From Candidatus Omnitrophota bacterium (GTDB lineage Bacteria; Ratteibacteria; UBA8468; MWAK01): a stretch of 64,000 nt of DNA. The stretch is taken from the NCBI GenBank assembly GCA_043826355.1, contig JBDRQI010000005.1, positions 1 through 64,000 on the forward strand. Direction: 5' to 3'. The position numbers and the translations under genes were made by a program. Numbering within the stretch: position 1 is the stretch's first letter; every line of letters starts with the position of its first letter. Of this stretch, positions 47,910-58,380 are shown piece by piece. The notes below the pieces were generated by a model. The model did no database searches and was not told where the DNA came from. It was given only the letters and a program-made list of their open reading frames with translations.

Positions 47910-49043
47910 TCAGCCGAAAAGACGGTCTTGTGTTTTGCGCCAGGCGGTCACGGCTTCCTGCGCCGACTCACCCGGTTTCAGGAAAGGTTGAAAAATAAGG
48001 TTGCTTTTCCTTTTCAATCCGGATAAAACCCGCTCAAGATATTCAGCAAGTGATTCTTCCTCGTTCCGGGAAACATTTCCAAAATAGACTTTGCCGGCTG
48101 AAACAATTTGTGCAACAGTCTCTCCCCAGGGATATCTTTCCGGGTTCCCGAAGTTAACCCCCCTGATTTCCGGCAAACTTAAAACCTGGCTAAGCAGAAT
48201 TTGGCCGCGGCCGCAAAAGTGAATCCAACCGCCAAAGGGTCTGAGCCCTTCCCGGAGAAACGGAAGAGTAACCTCAATCAAGTCCGGAGAAAGAAGGGTG
48301 GTGGTGTCTTCGCAGGCGCGCACCCCGCAGCCTGACATATAGAGGGTACCGCTGTGGTAACCGCTGGTTTCCGCTTCACCAATCCACTCTTTGATTTTCA
48401 GAGAAGCGGTCCGGTAGGCATAAGCGGTAAGAGTTAAGATGTGCCGCACAAACACCGGGTCGTCGTAAAATTCGGTAAAGATAGAATCACCTATTATCAG
48501 GTGGGCCAGGTCAAACGGCCCCTGGGTGTCAGGCAGATATATTTTCACCGGAGTTCCGTACAGTTTCTCCCGGTAAAATTGAACGAACCTGCCGCAATCC
48601 GGCATCAAACCCTTTTCGGCAATCGGCTCCAGTTTTTCCGGAGTCAGTTTCAAAATCTCATCTTTGGTAAGGTGGCTTTTCAACCAGGGCATCTTATCCG
48701 GAAACACCTCCTGCTTCAGGCCAAAAACGGTTGCCAGAAAACCGGTGCCAAAATTAACTCTAACCGAAGGAACGCTATCGCTCTTTGCCCGCAAAATATC
48801 CAGAATCGGCCAGAGTTGCTCGTAGAGCATCTTCTCCGGGTCAAAAAATTGCTCTTTGAGGTCAAAAACAGGATAGTTCTCCCTCTCTGGAAGAGACTCT
48901 TCAGAAACCAGAATGGGCAGGTAGTCCGGCTCTTTTCCATACCAGACTGCAGACTGACGTTCTTCGGCTTTCTCTAAGATAACCGGGTCAACTTCCTTCT
49001 TAATTAAACCAAGTAATTCATCAAGCGGAATTTTTTCGCTCAT
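47910..49043 (-). CDS. Uroporphyrinogen decarboxylase-like protein
   Basis: DTQGPFDLAH, CED...LSP, IHFCG. Confidence 0.65.
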   Translation of the reverse strand: MSEKIPLDELLGLIKKEVDPVILEKAEERQSAVWYGKEPDYLPILVSEESLPERENYPVFDLKEQFFDPEKMLYEQLWPILDILRAKSDSVPSVRVNFGTGFLATVFGLKQEVFPDKMPWLKSHLTKDEILKLTPEKLEPIAEKGLMPDCGRFVQFYREKLYGTPVKIYLPDTQGPFDLAHLIIGDSIFTEFYDDPVFVRHILTLTAYAYRTASLKIKEWIGEAETSGYHSGTLYMSGCGVRACEDTTTLLSPDLIEVTLPFLREGLRPFGGWIHFCGRGQILLSQVLSLPEIRGVNFGNPERYPWGETVAQIVSAGKVYFGNVSRNEEESLAEYLERVLSGLKRKSNLIFQPFLKPGESAQEAVTAWRKTQDRLFG

Positions 49044-49061
49044 TTTTTCCTTTCTGTCTCC

Positions 49062-49694
49062 CTAATCCCGGGCGAGCGTCAGACCGTAAACCTCTTCTGC
49101 GCCGGCCGAAAGAAGACGGCTTCGGCAGGCATTCAAGGTGGCGCCGGTGGTCAATACGTCATCCACCAAAAGGCACCGCCTACCTTTAAACGTTAACGGT
49201 TTTCGAACCTGAAACGCATCGGAAACATTTGCCATCCGCTCTTTCCCGGAAAGACCGGTCTGGGAAGGCGTATTTCGGAAACGAATCAGAAATCGGTTTA
49301 ATACGGGCAGGGAAAAAGAAGCGGCTATCTCCTGTCCAAGCAGTTCCGACTGGTTAAAATAACGCTCCCGAAACCGGGTTGGATGGAGCGGTACCGGAAC
49401 AACGCAATCAATCCGCTCGTTAAGTTTATGGCGCCGGCATAATTCAATCAGAAATTCAGCCAGGTGCGGAGCCAGAAAAACCTCCCCGCGGTACTTGAAC
49501 CGGTGGATGGCGGTTACAATCGGTTCCCGGTAACGCACGGCACTGAAAAGGTGGGGAAGAATAGCCACGGTCAACGGTTCAATCCGGATGTAACATTCCA
49601 TACAGAAAATTCCGGGCGGAATTTTTTTTCCGCAGGCACAGCAGAAATAGGGGTAAAATAAGTCAAGGATTCCCTGTCCTAAATTTTTGAACAT
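49062..49694 (-). CDS. comF: ComF family protein
   Basis: CCAC..CMEC, VPVPLH, FNQSE, LLVDDVLTTGATL. Confidence 0.9.
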   Translation of the reverse strand: MFKNLGQGILDLFYPYFCCACGKKIPPGIFCMECYIRIEPLTVAILPHLFSAVRYREPIVTAIHRFKYRGEVFLAPHLAEFLIELCRRHKLNERIDCVVPVPLHPTRFRERYFNQSELLGQEIAASFSLPVLNRFLIRFRNTPSQTGLSGKERMANVSDAFQVRKPLTFKGRRCLLVDDVLTTGATLNACRSRLLSAGAEEVYGLTLARD

Positions 49695-49703
49695 ACAATT
49701 GTA

Positions 49704-49778
49704 GTCATTCCCACAGATAGTAAGTGGGAATCCAAACCAATAAGGTGTAGATTCCCGCCTACCACATGCGGGAATGAC
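49704..49778. repeat. Inverted pair of GTCATTCCC...GGGAATC palindromes
   Basis: GTCATTCCCAC...GTGGGAATCCA and GATTCCCGC...GCGGGAATGAC. Confidence 0.65.
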
Positions 49779-49803
49779 AAATTATTTTTTACCGATGTAT
49801 TAA

Positions 49804-50715
49804 TTACAATTTTTCCAAATACTTCTGGGCTGAAGATACTGCCAGCGCACCCTCGGCGCAGGCGGTCACCACCTGGCGCAAAACCTTTTGGCGGCAGTCA
49901 CCGCAGGCGAAAACCCCGGCCATCGAGGTTTCCAGCGTCTCATCGGTGATAATGTATTTATGGTTATCGACTTTAATTTCCGGCGGCAGAAAATCGGTGT
50001 TGGGCTGAGTGCCGACAAGTACAAAAATTCCGTCAACCGGCAGTTCTTTTTCTGCGCAGTTTTTAAGGTTCTGAAGCCGGATGCTCTTAACCGCATCGGT
50101 TCCGCTGATTTCCTGCACGATTGAATTCAAGATAATTTCAATCCTGGATTCGGCAAAAAGTTTTTCCTGAAGCGCCTGCGAGGCCCGGAGTGCTTCGCGA
50201 CGATGAACCAAAAAAATTTTTGCTGCCAGCCGGCTCAGAAAAAGCGCTTCGTGAACCGCGGTGTTGCCGCCGCCGATTACCGCCACGGTCCGGTTGCGAA
50301 AAAAAGGTCCGTCGCAGGTGGCACAATACGATACGCCCCGACCAATCAGTTCTTTTTCGCCCGGCACATCGATTTTTTTGGGCTGGGCACCGGTAGCAAC
50401 AATTACGGCTTTTGCCTCGTAAATATCTCCGGCCGAAATGAAAAATCGGTGTTCCCCTTCCTTCTTAAGTCCGGTTACCTGACCGCTGATAATCCGGGTG
50501 CCGGCCTTTTCGGCCTGTTCCTTCATTTTGGCGGTCAGATCCCGACCGCTGATACCACTTGGAAATCCGGGATAGTTTTCGATCAGACTGCTCCAGACGG
50601 CCTGACCGCCAACAGCGGTTTTTTCCAGGATAAGAACCTGCGATCCTTCGCGCGCAGCATAGATACCGGCGGTCAAACCAGCCGGACCGGCACCGATGAT
50701 TATTAAATCGTACAT
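49804..50715 (-). CDS. trxB: Thioredoxin reductase
   Basis: GAGPAG, GVSYCATCDG, GGGNTA, GVFACGD. Confidence 0.95.
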   Translation of the reverse strand: MYDLIIIGAGPAGLTAGIYAAREGSQVLILEKTAVGGQAVWSSLIENYPGFPSGISGRDLTAKMKEQAEKAGTRIISGQVTGLKKEGEHRFFISAGDIYEAKAVIVATGAQPKKIDVPGEKELIGRGVSYCATCDGPFFRNRTVAVIGGGNTAVHEALFLSRLAAKIFLVHRREALRASQALQEKLFAESRIEIILNSIVQEISGTDAVKSIRLQNLKNCAEKELPVDGIFVLVGTQPNTDFLPPEIKVDNHKYIITDETLETSMAGVFACGDCRQKVLRQVVTACAEGALAVSSAQKYLEKL

Positions 50716-50733
50716 CGCTCTCCCCCTTTTAAA

Positions 50734-51399
50734 TTAGGTACGTGTAGGCCTGGGGCCGAAAATACCGGTACCGATGCGCACCAGATTAGCGCCTTCCTCA
50801 ATAGCCACCCGGTAAGAATCGCTCATACCCATCGAGAGATAACGCATCTCCGCGTTTGACGGAACAGAACTTTTAAGCCCTGCCCATAATGCCTTTGTCT
50901 CCTTAAAATACGGCCTTAAGTCCTCAGGGTTAATGCAAGTCGGCCCCATAGTCATTAACCCCATAATTTTTAGGTTGGAAAATCCGGAGATTTTTATGAG
51001 AAACGGCTCCACCTCTTCCGGCATCACGCCGAACTTCTGGGGTTCCCTTCCGCTGTTTACTTCAACAAAGATTTCTATTTTCTTGCCGATGGCTCTGCTG
51101 CGGCGGTCAATCTCCGCGGCCATCTCCGGAGAATCAACCGTCTCAATGAGGTCAAAGAGCGCAACCGCTTTCTTTATCTTGTTCTTCTGGAGATGGCCGA
51201 TGAAATGCCAGGAAATTTTGCGGCCGACCGCTTGAAAATGGGCCTCTGCTTCCTGCAAGTAATTCTCGCCGATAATTCTCACCCCGGCTTCCACCGCCCC
51301 CAGGATTTCCGCCGGGCTCCGGCTTTTTGCCGCCGCAACCAATTCGCAACCGGCCGGCAGTTTTCCTAAAATCTCCTTTACGTTATCCGTAATGATCAT
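50734..51399 (-). CDS. yggS: PLP homeostasis protein
   Basis: GENYLQE, WHFIGHLQKNK, LSMGMSDSY, VRIGTGIFG. Confidence 0.93.
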   Translation of the reverse strand: MIITDNVKEILGKLPAGCELVAAAKSRSPAEILGAVEAGVRIIGENYLQEAEAHFQAVGRKISWHFIGHLQKNKIKKAVALFDLIETVDSPEMAAEIDRRSRAIGKKIEIFVEVNSGREPQKFGVMPEEVEPFLIKISGFSNLKIMGLMTMGPTCINPEDLRPYFKETKALWAGLKSSVPSNAEMRYLSMGMSDSYRVAIEEGANLVRIGTGIFGPRPTRT

Positions 51400-53339
51400 A
51401 GTATTAAATTTAACAATATCCCGGTCAAAAAAGCAACGGACAGGGTCAGAACCAATATTTTTGCCGTATCTTTTATCCCCATCTCTTTTAACAGAACGAA
51501 AAAGGTGGCCAGGCAGGGCAGGTACAAGACCAGAAAGGTGCTGGCCACGACCAGCTGTTTGGCGGAAAGGTTAAACGGCACCAGCAGCGCGATGGATATA
51601 TCTTTTCTCAAAAAGCCCAGAAGCATGACCGAAGAGATTTCACCGGGCAGACCCAGCATCTTGACGATAACTGGTTCGAATGGCTTTGAAATAAATTCGA
51701 TGATGCCGGCTATATCCAGGATATTCACGAAAAGGACGCCCAGCATAATCAGGGGAATCGCTTCAAAGATAAAACTTTTTACCCTCATCCAGAGTTTTTT
51801 CAGCAGCGGCAATATCCTCGGCATCTGATAGGCGGGGATTTCAACGAACAATTCGGGGGCCTCACCTTTCAACAACTTGTTAAGAACGGAACCGCTGATT
51901 ACGGCTACAGCCAAAAGCGTCCCGAAAACGATGGCCAGATATCTCAAACCGTATTTTCCCAGGATACTCAAAATCATCGCGCTTTGCGGCATGCAGGGGG
52001 CAATCATTATAATCAGCGTCAGCGCAATGACCTTCTCCCGGCGCGTCTCCAGAATTCTGGCAGAGAGCATCGCAGGAACCTTGCAGCCCAAACCCAGGAT
52101 TAACGGGATGGCGCCGTAACCGTGCAGGCCGAATTTATGCAGAATGTTGTCAAGCAAAACGGCCAGGCGGGGCAAATACCCTAAATCCTCCAGAAAACCC
52201 AGGACAAAATAAAAAGATAATATGTAAGGAAGCACGACGACAAAGGGAATGTAGATGCCGGTGGTAAGAACGCCGAAAGATTCCATAACACCATGGGTAG
52301 TCCCCAAAAATAAGTTCTGCAAAACACCCGGAGGAAGAAGAAATTTTACTGCGTCAGTAACCGCCGGATGATATACCCTGTTAAAGAACGGGTCAAGGAT
52401 ACGGGTTATCAGGCCTTCGCCCACAAACCTTATGACATAAAAAGTAAGCGCCAGAACGATAAAAGCGATGGGAAAACCCGTCAAAGGCCTGATGCAGGCA
52501 TCGGCCAGTTTCTCCAGGAAGGAAGGATGCTTGTGCACGGTCTTCTGGACATGGCCGCTGATTTCACCTATTAATTTCCATTTTTCGTCGTTCCCCGCCG
52601 GAATTTGCCGGGACGGGGCGCGCCGGGTGGAGATGGTTTCTTTAAACGCCTTTAAAAAATCTTTAATGCCTTCGCCGGTAACAGCCACAAAAGGAATTGT
52701 CTCTACCCCCACCCTCCGGGACAACCCCTCAAGGTCAATGCTGATGCCCTTCCATTTCGCCATATCCCACTTATTAAGCAGGATAATCGTGGGTATGCCT
52801 TTTTCCAATATTTGCAGCGAGAGATAAAGGTTTCTTTCCAGGTTGGTTGCGTCAACCACGTTTACGACCAGGTCCGGCTTTTCCCGCAACAACATTTCGG
52901 ATGCCACTTCTTCCGCTTTATTGGTGGGTTCAAGGGTATACGCGCCGGGAACGTCGATAATCTTAATCCGCTCCTTCTCCACCCAGGCGGTGCCGGATGT
53001 ATACTCAACGGTTGTTCCCGGATAATTTGAACAGATGGCATCCAGCCCGGTCAACCTGGAAAAGACCGCGCTCTTGCCCACGTTGGGGTTGCCCATCAAA
53101 AGAACTTTTATCTTTCTTACCTCCACCATTATCTTTTTGGCCATCCCGTATCCGACGGCGGACTTGGAACCGTCTATTTCCAGCACCACCGGCCCGCCGC
53201 GGCTTGGTTCGTTTACCCTGCGAACCGTTTTACCAACCCGGATTCCCAAACTCTCCAGTTTCCGCCTTAAACCATGGCCGCCCTGCAGTTCTTTGATTAT
53301 GCCCTGCTCGCCCGATTTTAATTCACTCAATGTAAGCAT
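51396..53339 (-). CDS. feoB: FeoA-FeoB fusion ferrous iron transporter
   Basis: N-terminal SH3-like FeoA (LESLGIRVG), GNPNVGKS, DVPG, NKWD, TM domain. Confidence 0.92.
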   Translation of the reverse strand: MLTLSELKSGEQGIIKELQGGHGLRRKLESLGIRVGKTVRRVNEPSRGGPVVLEIDGSKSAVGYGMAKKIMVEVRKIKVLLMGNPNVGKSAVFSRLTGLDAICSNYPGTTVEYTSGTAWVEKERIKIIDVPGAYTLEPTNKAEEVASEMLLREKPDLVVNVVDATNLERNLYLSLQILEKGIPTIILLNKWDMAKWKGISIDLEGLSRRVGVETIPFVAVTGEGIKDFLKAFKETISTRRAPSRQIPAGNDEKWKLIGEISGHVQKTVHKHPSFLEKLADACIRPLTGFPIAFIVLALTFYVIRFVGEGLITRILDPFFNRVYHPAVTDAVKFLLPPGVLQNLFLGTTHGVMESFGVLTTGIYIPFVVVLPYILSFYFVLGFLEDLGYLPRLAVLLDNILHKFGLHGYGAIPLILGLGCKVPAMLSARILETRREKVIALTLIIMIAPCMPQSAMILSILGKYGLRYLAIVFGTLLAVAVISGSVLNKLLKGEAPELFVEIPAYQMPRILPLLKKLWMRVKSFIFEAIPLIMLGVLFVNILDIAGIIEFISKPFEPVIVKMLGLPGEISSVMLLGFLRKDISIALLVPFNLSAKQLVVASTFLVLYLPCLATFFVLLKEMGIKDTAKILVLTLSVAFLTGILLNLIL

Positions 53340-53346
53340 GCAGATT

Positions 53347-54267
53347 TCAGGAGTTAACGCTGTGGTATTCGTTTTTCCCGATACGCCGATTTTTAATCAG
53401 ACCTTTTTTTGTCAAACCGCCCAGGACTTTAATTATCTCATTCGGGTTGCAACCGGTAACCAAAACGATGTCTTGTAGGGTCAACGGCCGGCGTTTAAGC
53501 GTCGCCAGAATGAGTTCTTCTTCGGCCTGAAAATGGGCCGGTTCCCGTCCGGCAAATTCCGCGATTATCTCGCAACCCGGCCCGATAATTTCAGCGGCTT
53601 TTTCCATCTCAGCCTGGACAAGGGGGAAGAATCCTTCTTCCGCCGGAGGCCGCACCACGGTATTCAACTGAATTTTGTCGATTTTTAAAGATTTAATTGT
53701 CTTTCGTATCTTCTCTAGTTCGGACTTTGAATCGTTAACACCTTTCACCAGCATTATTTCCAGCCATATCTTGCCCGGATACTCCCGGCTGAATTTACGC
53801 AGACCTTCAATCATAATCTTCGATTTCAAATCCGGGTGGGGCCGGTTGACAGCTTGAAAAATTTTCTCGGAAACCGCGTCCAGGGAAGGAACCACAACAT
53901 CCGCCTCCATTAAATCCTGCCGCACTTCTTTTTGGCAAAGTAGAGAACCGTTGGTCAGGACCGCAATGGGAATCCGGGTAATCTTCTTTAAACCACAAAT
54001 CATCTTACCCAGTTCGGAATTGAGGGTCGGCTCACCGGAACCGGAGAAGGTAAGGAAATCTACGCGGGGATTCTTCTTAAGGAGTTCGGTAACTTCGGCA
54101 ATTATCGTTTCCGCCGGCACATATGGTTTTCGCTCCAGGGTCAATTCCGGCGTCGGCCCCAACTGGCAATAAACGCAGTTGAGCGTACAGGTTTTGGCCG
54201 GAATAACGTCGATCCCCAGCGAAAAACCTAAGCGTCGTGAAGGCACCGGCCCGAAAAGATGCTCCAT
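53347..54267 (-). CDS. Radical SAM protein
   Basis: FGPVPSRRLGFSLG, CTLNCVYC, SGSGEPTL. Confidence 0.9.
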   Translation of the reverse strand: MEHLFGPVPSRRLGFSLGIDVIPAKTCTLNCVYCQLGPTPELTLERKPYVPAETIIAEVTELLKKNPRVDFLTFSGSGEPTLNSELGKMICGLKKITRIPIAVLTNGSLLCQKEVRQDLMEADVVVPSLDAVSEKIFQAVNRPHPDLKSKIMIEGLRKFSREYPGKIWLEIMLVKGVNDSKSELEKIRKTIKSLKIDKIQLNTVVRPPAEEGFFPLVQAEMEKAAEIIGPGCEIIAEFAGREPAHFQAEEELILATLKRRPLTLQDIVLVTGCNPNEIIKVLGGLTKKGLIKNRRIGKNEYHSVNS

Positions 54268-54301
54268 ACCTTTTTATCATAACCGAAAGCAAGGGAAATC
54301 G

Positions 54302-54925
54302 TCAATGAACCTTCTTTGCGCTAACTACAACAAATCCGCCTTTACCGAACCCTTTTCCGGGATTTTGAATTGAACCTATTTTTTCGGGTAAATTATATAT
54401 AGTTTGATAATATGAAAATCTGCCAAAGCCCGTCTTTTTCAACAAGTCAGTCAGTTCACCGACGCTGAAAAATTTTGCCTGTTTGTAAAATACGCTCTTT
54501 TTCTTCTGATAGAACCTGCCTAAAAAACTATCCCGGTCGACGATGCCGAGAATTATCCTGCCTTCTTTTTTTAAAACCCTCCTTGCCTCGATCAAAACTT
54601 TTAAAGTATTTCTGACAAAACAGATGGTAATTATAATTACGGCATAATCAAAAACAGAATCTTCAAACGGCAGTCTTTCCCCATAACTCAGATGCGCGTC
54701 TATGCCTCTTTTACGGGCGATTCCAAGCATATTTTCCGAAGGGTCAACTCCATACCTTATCCCCAGAGCAGACGCAAATCTCCCTGTACCCACGCCGATT
54801 TCCAATCCTTTGCCTTTTTTCGGTAAAACCTTTTTTATGGCTTTCAGTTCCGAAAGATAGGCAAATGTATTCCGCTCATACCAGGCATCATACTTTTTGT
54901 AATATCGGTCAAATATGCCTTCCAT
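54302..54925 (-). CDS. Class I SAM methyltransferase
   Basis: LEIGVGTGRF. Confidence 0.88.
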   Translation of the reverse strand: MEGIFDRYYKKYDAWYERNTFAYLSELKAIKKVLPKKGKGLEIGVGTGRFASALGIRYGVDPSENMLGIARKRGIDAHLSYGERLPFEDSVFDYAVIIITICFVRNTLKVLIEARRVLKKEGRIILGIVDRDSFLGRFYQKKKSVFYKQAKFFSVGELTDLLKKTGFGRFSYYQTIYNLPEKIGSIQNPGKGFGKGGFVVVSAKKVH

Positions 54926-54949
54926 ATCCGTGTTTGCTTGAAGCGCCCG

Positions 54950-56221
54950 TCACGAATTCACCGATTGAGACTCATCAAGCGAATGTGTCGGCGCAATAAT
55001 CTGTTCAAGTTTATTGTCGCGATATTTCTCAATCACCTCTTTTACCGTTGAGTCTTCGTCTATCTTATAAATGTCCACAAAATTATCTTTCAGCATATAG
55101 AAAGACAATTCTCCGATGCGGGATGTAAAGAGCAAATCCAGTTTATATTTAACGACGGTCTTGATAACTTTAATCCCTATGTGTTTAGTTTCTTTAAGAA
55201 ACTCATTATAGTAAAAATCTTCTATCTCCGGCTCGTCATTTTTGAGCCTTAAAATAAGGTAATAAGGCGCCCGGCCAAAATGTCCGTAAACTTTTGAATT
55301 TAAACCATCAATATTTTTTACCGGAATAACGGCTGAAACAGCTTTTTCTTTTGACGGTTCAACGTGAATGAAAACCGATTCTATGTGTTCGTAATTTTTT
55401 ACTATAAAATCTTCCGTTTTATCCGCTAATTCATGCGCCCGGTATAAAGGCAAAGCGGGAGAAGTTTTTATTTTGCACTCAACCATCTTAAAAGGGCCTG
55501 CCTGTCGAATCTTTACCTCGCTTACGCCTTTCACTCCATATATTTCATTTACCTTTTTTTCAATTTCGTTTTGTAACTCCGGGTCAAGATTCGCATCCAT
55601 TAAAACCAAAAATGCTGTCCGCGCATTCGTTAAACCCAGTTTAAAGATAAGGATTGAAATCAATATGATAACAAAGCCTTCAACGTAGGGAATCTTCGCG
55701 TAAACCAATACTATGCCTAAAAGAACTACTATTGATGTATAAATATCCAAAAACGATTCGGAAGCATTGGCCAGAAGAGACTGCGAACCTATTGCCCGAC
55801 CAACCGCTTTCTCTTTTTTTGCGATAAAATAGGCGGCGATGATGGAAATTATACTTGCGCCAACCGGAAAAATTGAAATTTCCCGAATAGAAAGAGGACG
55901 AAAAAATCTTTGGTACCCGTCTTTGAAAATCTGGATTCCCGCCCAAACAATTAAAATACCGATGATAAGGCTTCCCAACGTCTCCGCTTTATACAATCCG
56001 TAAGGAAATGTCTTGCTTTTTTTCTTGGAAGCAAGCCACAGGCCGAATCCGGAAGCAAAAATAGCCAAAACGTCGGCTCCGCTGTGGAAAGCATCGGCTA
56101 TCAATATCTTTAAATCAAATAAATACCCCACCGCCGCTTTTATCAGAGCCAAAAAAATTGTCGCAAAAGTCGCAATGAAGGCTATTTTCTGTCCTTGTTT
56201 TAAACCTTCCGTTCTCTCCAT
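54950..56221 (-). CDS. Cation diffusion facilitator fused to NifB/NifX-like domain
   Basis: ADAFHSGAD, FPYG; C-terminal HFGRAPYY...IGELSFY. Confidence 0.85.
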   Translation of the reverse strand: MERTEGLKQGQKIAFIATFATIFLALIKAAVGYLFDLKILIADAFHSGADVLAIFASGFGLWLASKKKSKTFPYGLYKAETLGSLIIGILIVWAGIQIFKDGYQRFFRPLSIREISIFPVGASIISIIAAYFIAKKEKAVGRAIGSQSLLANASESFLDIYTSIVVLLGIVLVYAKIPYVEGFVIILISILIFKLGLTNARTAFLVLMDANLDPELQNEIEKKVNEIYGVKGVSEVKIRQAGPFKMVECKIKTSPALPLYRAHELADKTEDFIVKNYEHIESVFIHVEPSKEKAVSAVIPVKNIDGLNSKVYGHFGRAPYYLILRLKNDEPEIEDFYYNEFLKETKHIGIKVIKTVVKYKLDLLFTSRIGELSFYMLKDNFVDIYKIDEDSTVKEVIEKYRDNKLEQIIAPTHSLDESQSVNS

Positions 56222-56230
56222 AGCAAAAAC

Positions 56231-56449
56231 CTATTCCTCATGGAAAAATTGGCGGGCCATAATGGAACCGCACCGCGGACATCTTGTCTGGAAACAAGGC
56301 AACCCGGAACTGCGCGGCATAATCAAACCGCATTTAGGACAAACGCAAACGGGCACGGGTCCCCGGGAACCAAAAACCCCCGGCCATCTTCCGTGAAATC
56401 CCCTCCCCCTACCGCCTCTACCCCTACCTTTTCCGAAACCAAACGGCAT
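56231..56449 (-). CDS. Small Gly/Arg-rich zinc-ribbon protein
   Basis: GRGRGGRGRG; CVCPKCG...PC....CPRCGS.M. Confidence 0.8.
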   Translation of the reverse strand: MPFGFGKGRGRGGRGRGFHGRWPGVFGSRGPVPVCVCPKCGLIMPRSSGLPCFQTRCPRCGSIMARQFFHEE

Positions 56450-56535
56450 TTTTTCTCCTTTTCAGCTAAAAAATTTTTACAATTTGTGATGTAAGTTTTG
56501 CCAGTTTTTTTTTATCGATTCGGAATTTTTTCGTT

Positions 56536-58380
56536 TCACTTTTCTAAGATTTTCCGCACCTTTCCCCAGATCTTCTTTATGCTGTCGGTTAAGGCCGTAT
56601 TTGTATATTCAACCACCGAAAGTTTCCGCATCTGCGCTTCCGTAACCTCTTTTCCGTACGGTATCACCCCCAGAAATTCCGAACCGTGTTTCCCCGAAAG
56701 TTCCCTTATCTTTTCGGTCATTTCTTCATTCAAATCATACTTGTTTACGACTATGCCCGACTTGACCCCAAAATGCTTGATTACCTGCAATATCCTTTCC
56801 AAATCGTGCACGCCGGACACCGTGGGCTCGGTAATTGCCAGGGCGTAATCGGCTCCCGTAATGGAAGATATTACCGGACAGCCCGTGCCGGGGGCTCCGT
56901 CCATTACGGCCCTGTTTCTCTTATTCCGCTCGGCAAGCAGGGCGGCTTTATCCCTGACCAGAGTAACCAACCTGCCGGAGTTTTCCTCGGCCACTCCTAA
57001 TTTAGCGTGGCTCATCGGGCCAAACCGGGTATCGGACATAAACCATTCGCCGTTAACGGCCGGCCTGGTCTTTACGGCGCCATACTCACACACCAATTCG
57101 CACACCCCGCATCCTTCGCAAGCCAGTTTATCAATTATATATCTTTTTTTATTCTTCTCCCGGAATTCATTAATGGCAAAAAATCTGCAGGCTTCTTTAC
57201 ATTTTCCGCATTGGACACACGCCTTCTGGTCTATTTCCGCCTCTACCCCCCCACTAAAAAAACTTTTCTCTTTTATTCGGGGCGATAAGACCAGATGCAA
57301 GTCCGCCGCGCCGACATCGCAATCGGAAATCACGCTATTTTTTGCCAAAGCGGCGAAAGACGCCGTCAAAGAAGTTTTTCCGGTTCCGCCTTTTCCGCTG
57401 ATAACCACTAATTCCCTGGGCTTTTTAGCTCCGGAAACGCCGTACTTCCTGACTTCTTCAGGAATTTTTTTACCGGATAATCTATCCTTTTTCACTAACT
57501 TCGGTATTTTTTTCTCACCTTGGGCCAAAATTAATATTTTATCACCCAGGGTTTCAAACATTTTTTTTATTTCGGGAAACTTCTCTACCGCCATTTCACC
57601 CCGGGAATAACTTTCGGCTATCCGCCGTTGGTCGGGAATTTCTCCGATTATATCCAGTTCTTCCTTTAAACAATATTCCTTTAAAGCCGCATCTTTATAT
57701 TCGGCCCGATTGACTATTATTACCGGTTCCTGTCCTACTTCCCTGGCCATATCTACGGAAAGTTTCAGGTCGTTTATACCAAAAGGAGTGGGGTCGGTAA
57801 CCAGAATGCATACATCAACGTCTTTAACCGTTTCCACCACCGGACAACTTGTCCCGGGCGCCGAATCCAAAATATTAATTCCTTCTCCGATACATTCTTT
57901 TACTCTTTTTACCAACCGGGGCGACATACCCCCCTCTGCCGTTTCCAGCAACGCGTAATAGACCTTTATCTTATCGCTTACACCCTCCTTCATAACGCCT
58001 ATTTTTCTTTTCTTTTCAATAATCGCATCCACCGGACAGACAATCTTGCATGCGCCGCAGACATGGCATAACTCGTTGAATATGAGTACCTGTTTGTTAA
58101 CCACCGCTATCGCATTATATTTGCAGACCTGTGCGCATTTACCGCATAAGATGCATTTTTTTTTATCCGCCTCCGCCGGGGCGATTAAATTAATATCTTC
58201 TTCCTTGTTGATGACGGGCTTAAGAAACAGGTGCCCGTTAGGTTCTTCCACATCGCAGTCCAGATAGCGAATCCGGCTGTACTTTTCAGCCAATACCTTT
58301 GCCAGATTTGTTGCGATAAAAGTTTTGCCTGTTCCGCCTTTGCCGCTGGAAATAGCAATTTTTATGTTAATTTTTTTCAT
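56536..58380 (-). CDS. Tandem fusion of two MinD-like ATPases with inserted ferredoxin domains
   Basis: SGKGGTGKT twice, DCDV twice, two pairs of CxxCxxCxxxC. Confidence 0.88.
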   Translation of the reverse strand: MKKINIKIAISSGKGGTGKTFIATNLAKVLAEKYSRIRYLDCDVEEPNGHLFLKPVINKEEDINLIAPAEADKKKCILCGKCAQVCKYNAIAVVNKQVLIFNELCHVCGACKIVCPVDAIIEKKRKIGVMKEGVSDKIKVYYALLETAEGGMSPRLVKRVKECIGEGINILDSAPGTSCPVVETVKDVDVCILVTDPTPFGINDLKLSVDMAREVGQEPVIIVNRAEYKDAALKEYCLKEELDIIGEIPDQRRIAESYSRGEMAVEKFPEIKKMFETLGDKILILAQGEKKIPKLVKKDRLSGKKIPEEVRKYGVSGAKKPRELVVISGKGGTGKTSLTASFAALAKNSVISDCDVGAADLHLVLSPRIKEKSFFSGGVEAEIDQKACVQCGKCKEACRFFAINEFREKNKKRYIIDKLACEGCGVCELVCEYGAVKTRPAVNGEWFMSDTRFGPMSHAKLGVAEENSGRLVTLVRDKAALLAERNKRNRAVMDGAPGTGCPVISSITGADYALAITEPTVSGVHDLERILQVIKHFGVKSGIVVNKYDLNEEMTEKIRELSGKHGSEFLGVIPYGKEVTEAQMRKLSVVEYTNTALTDSIKKIWGKVRKILEK

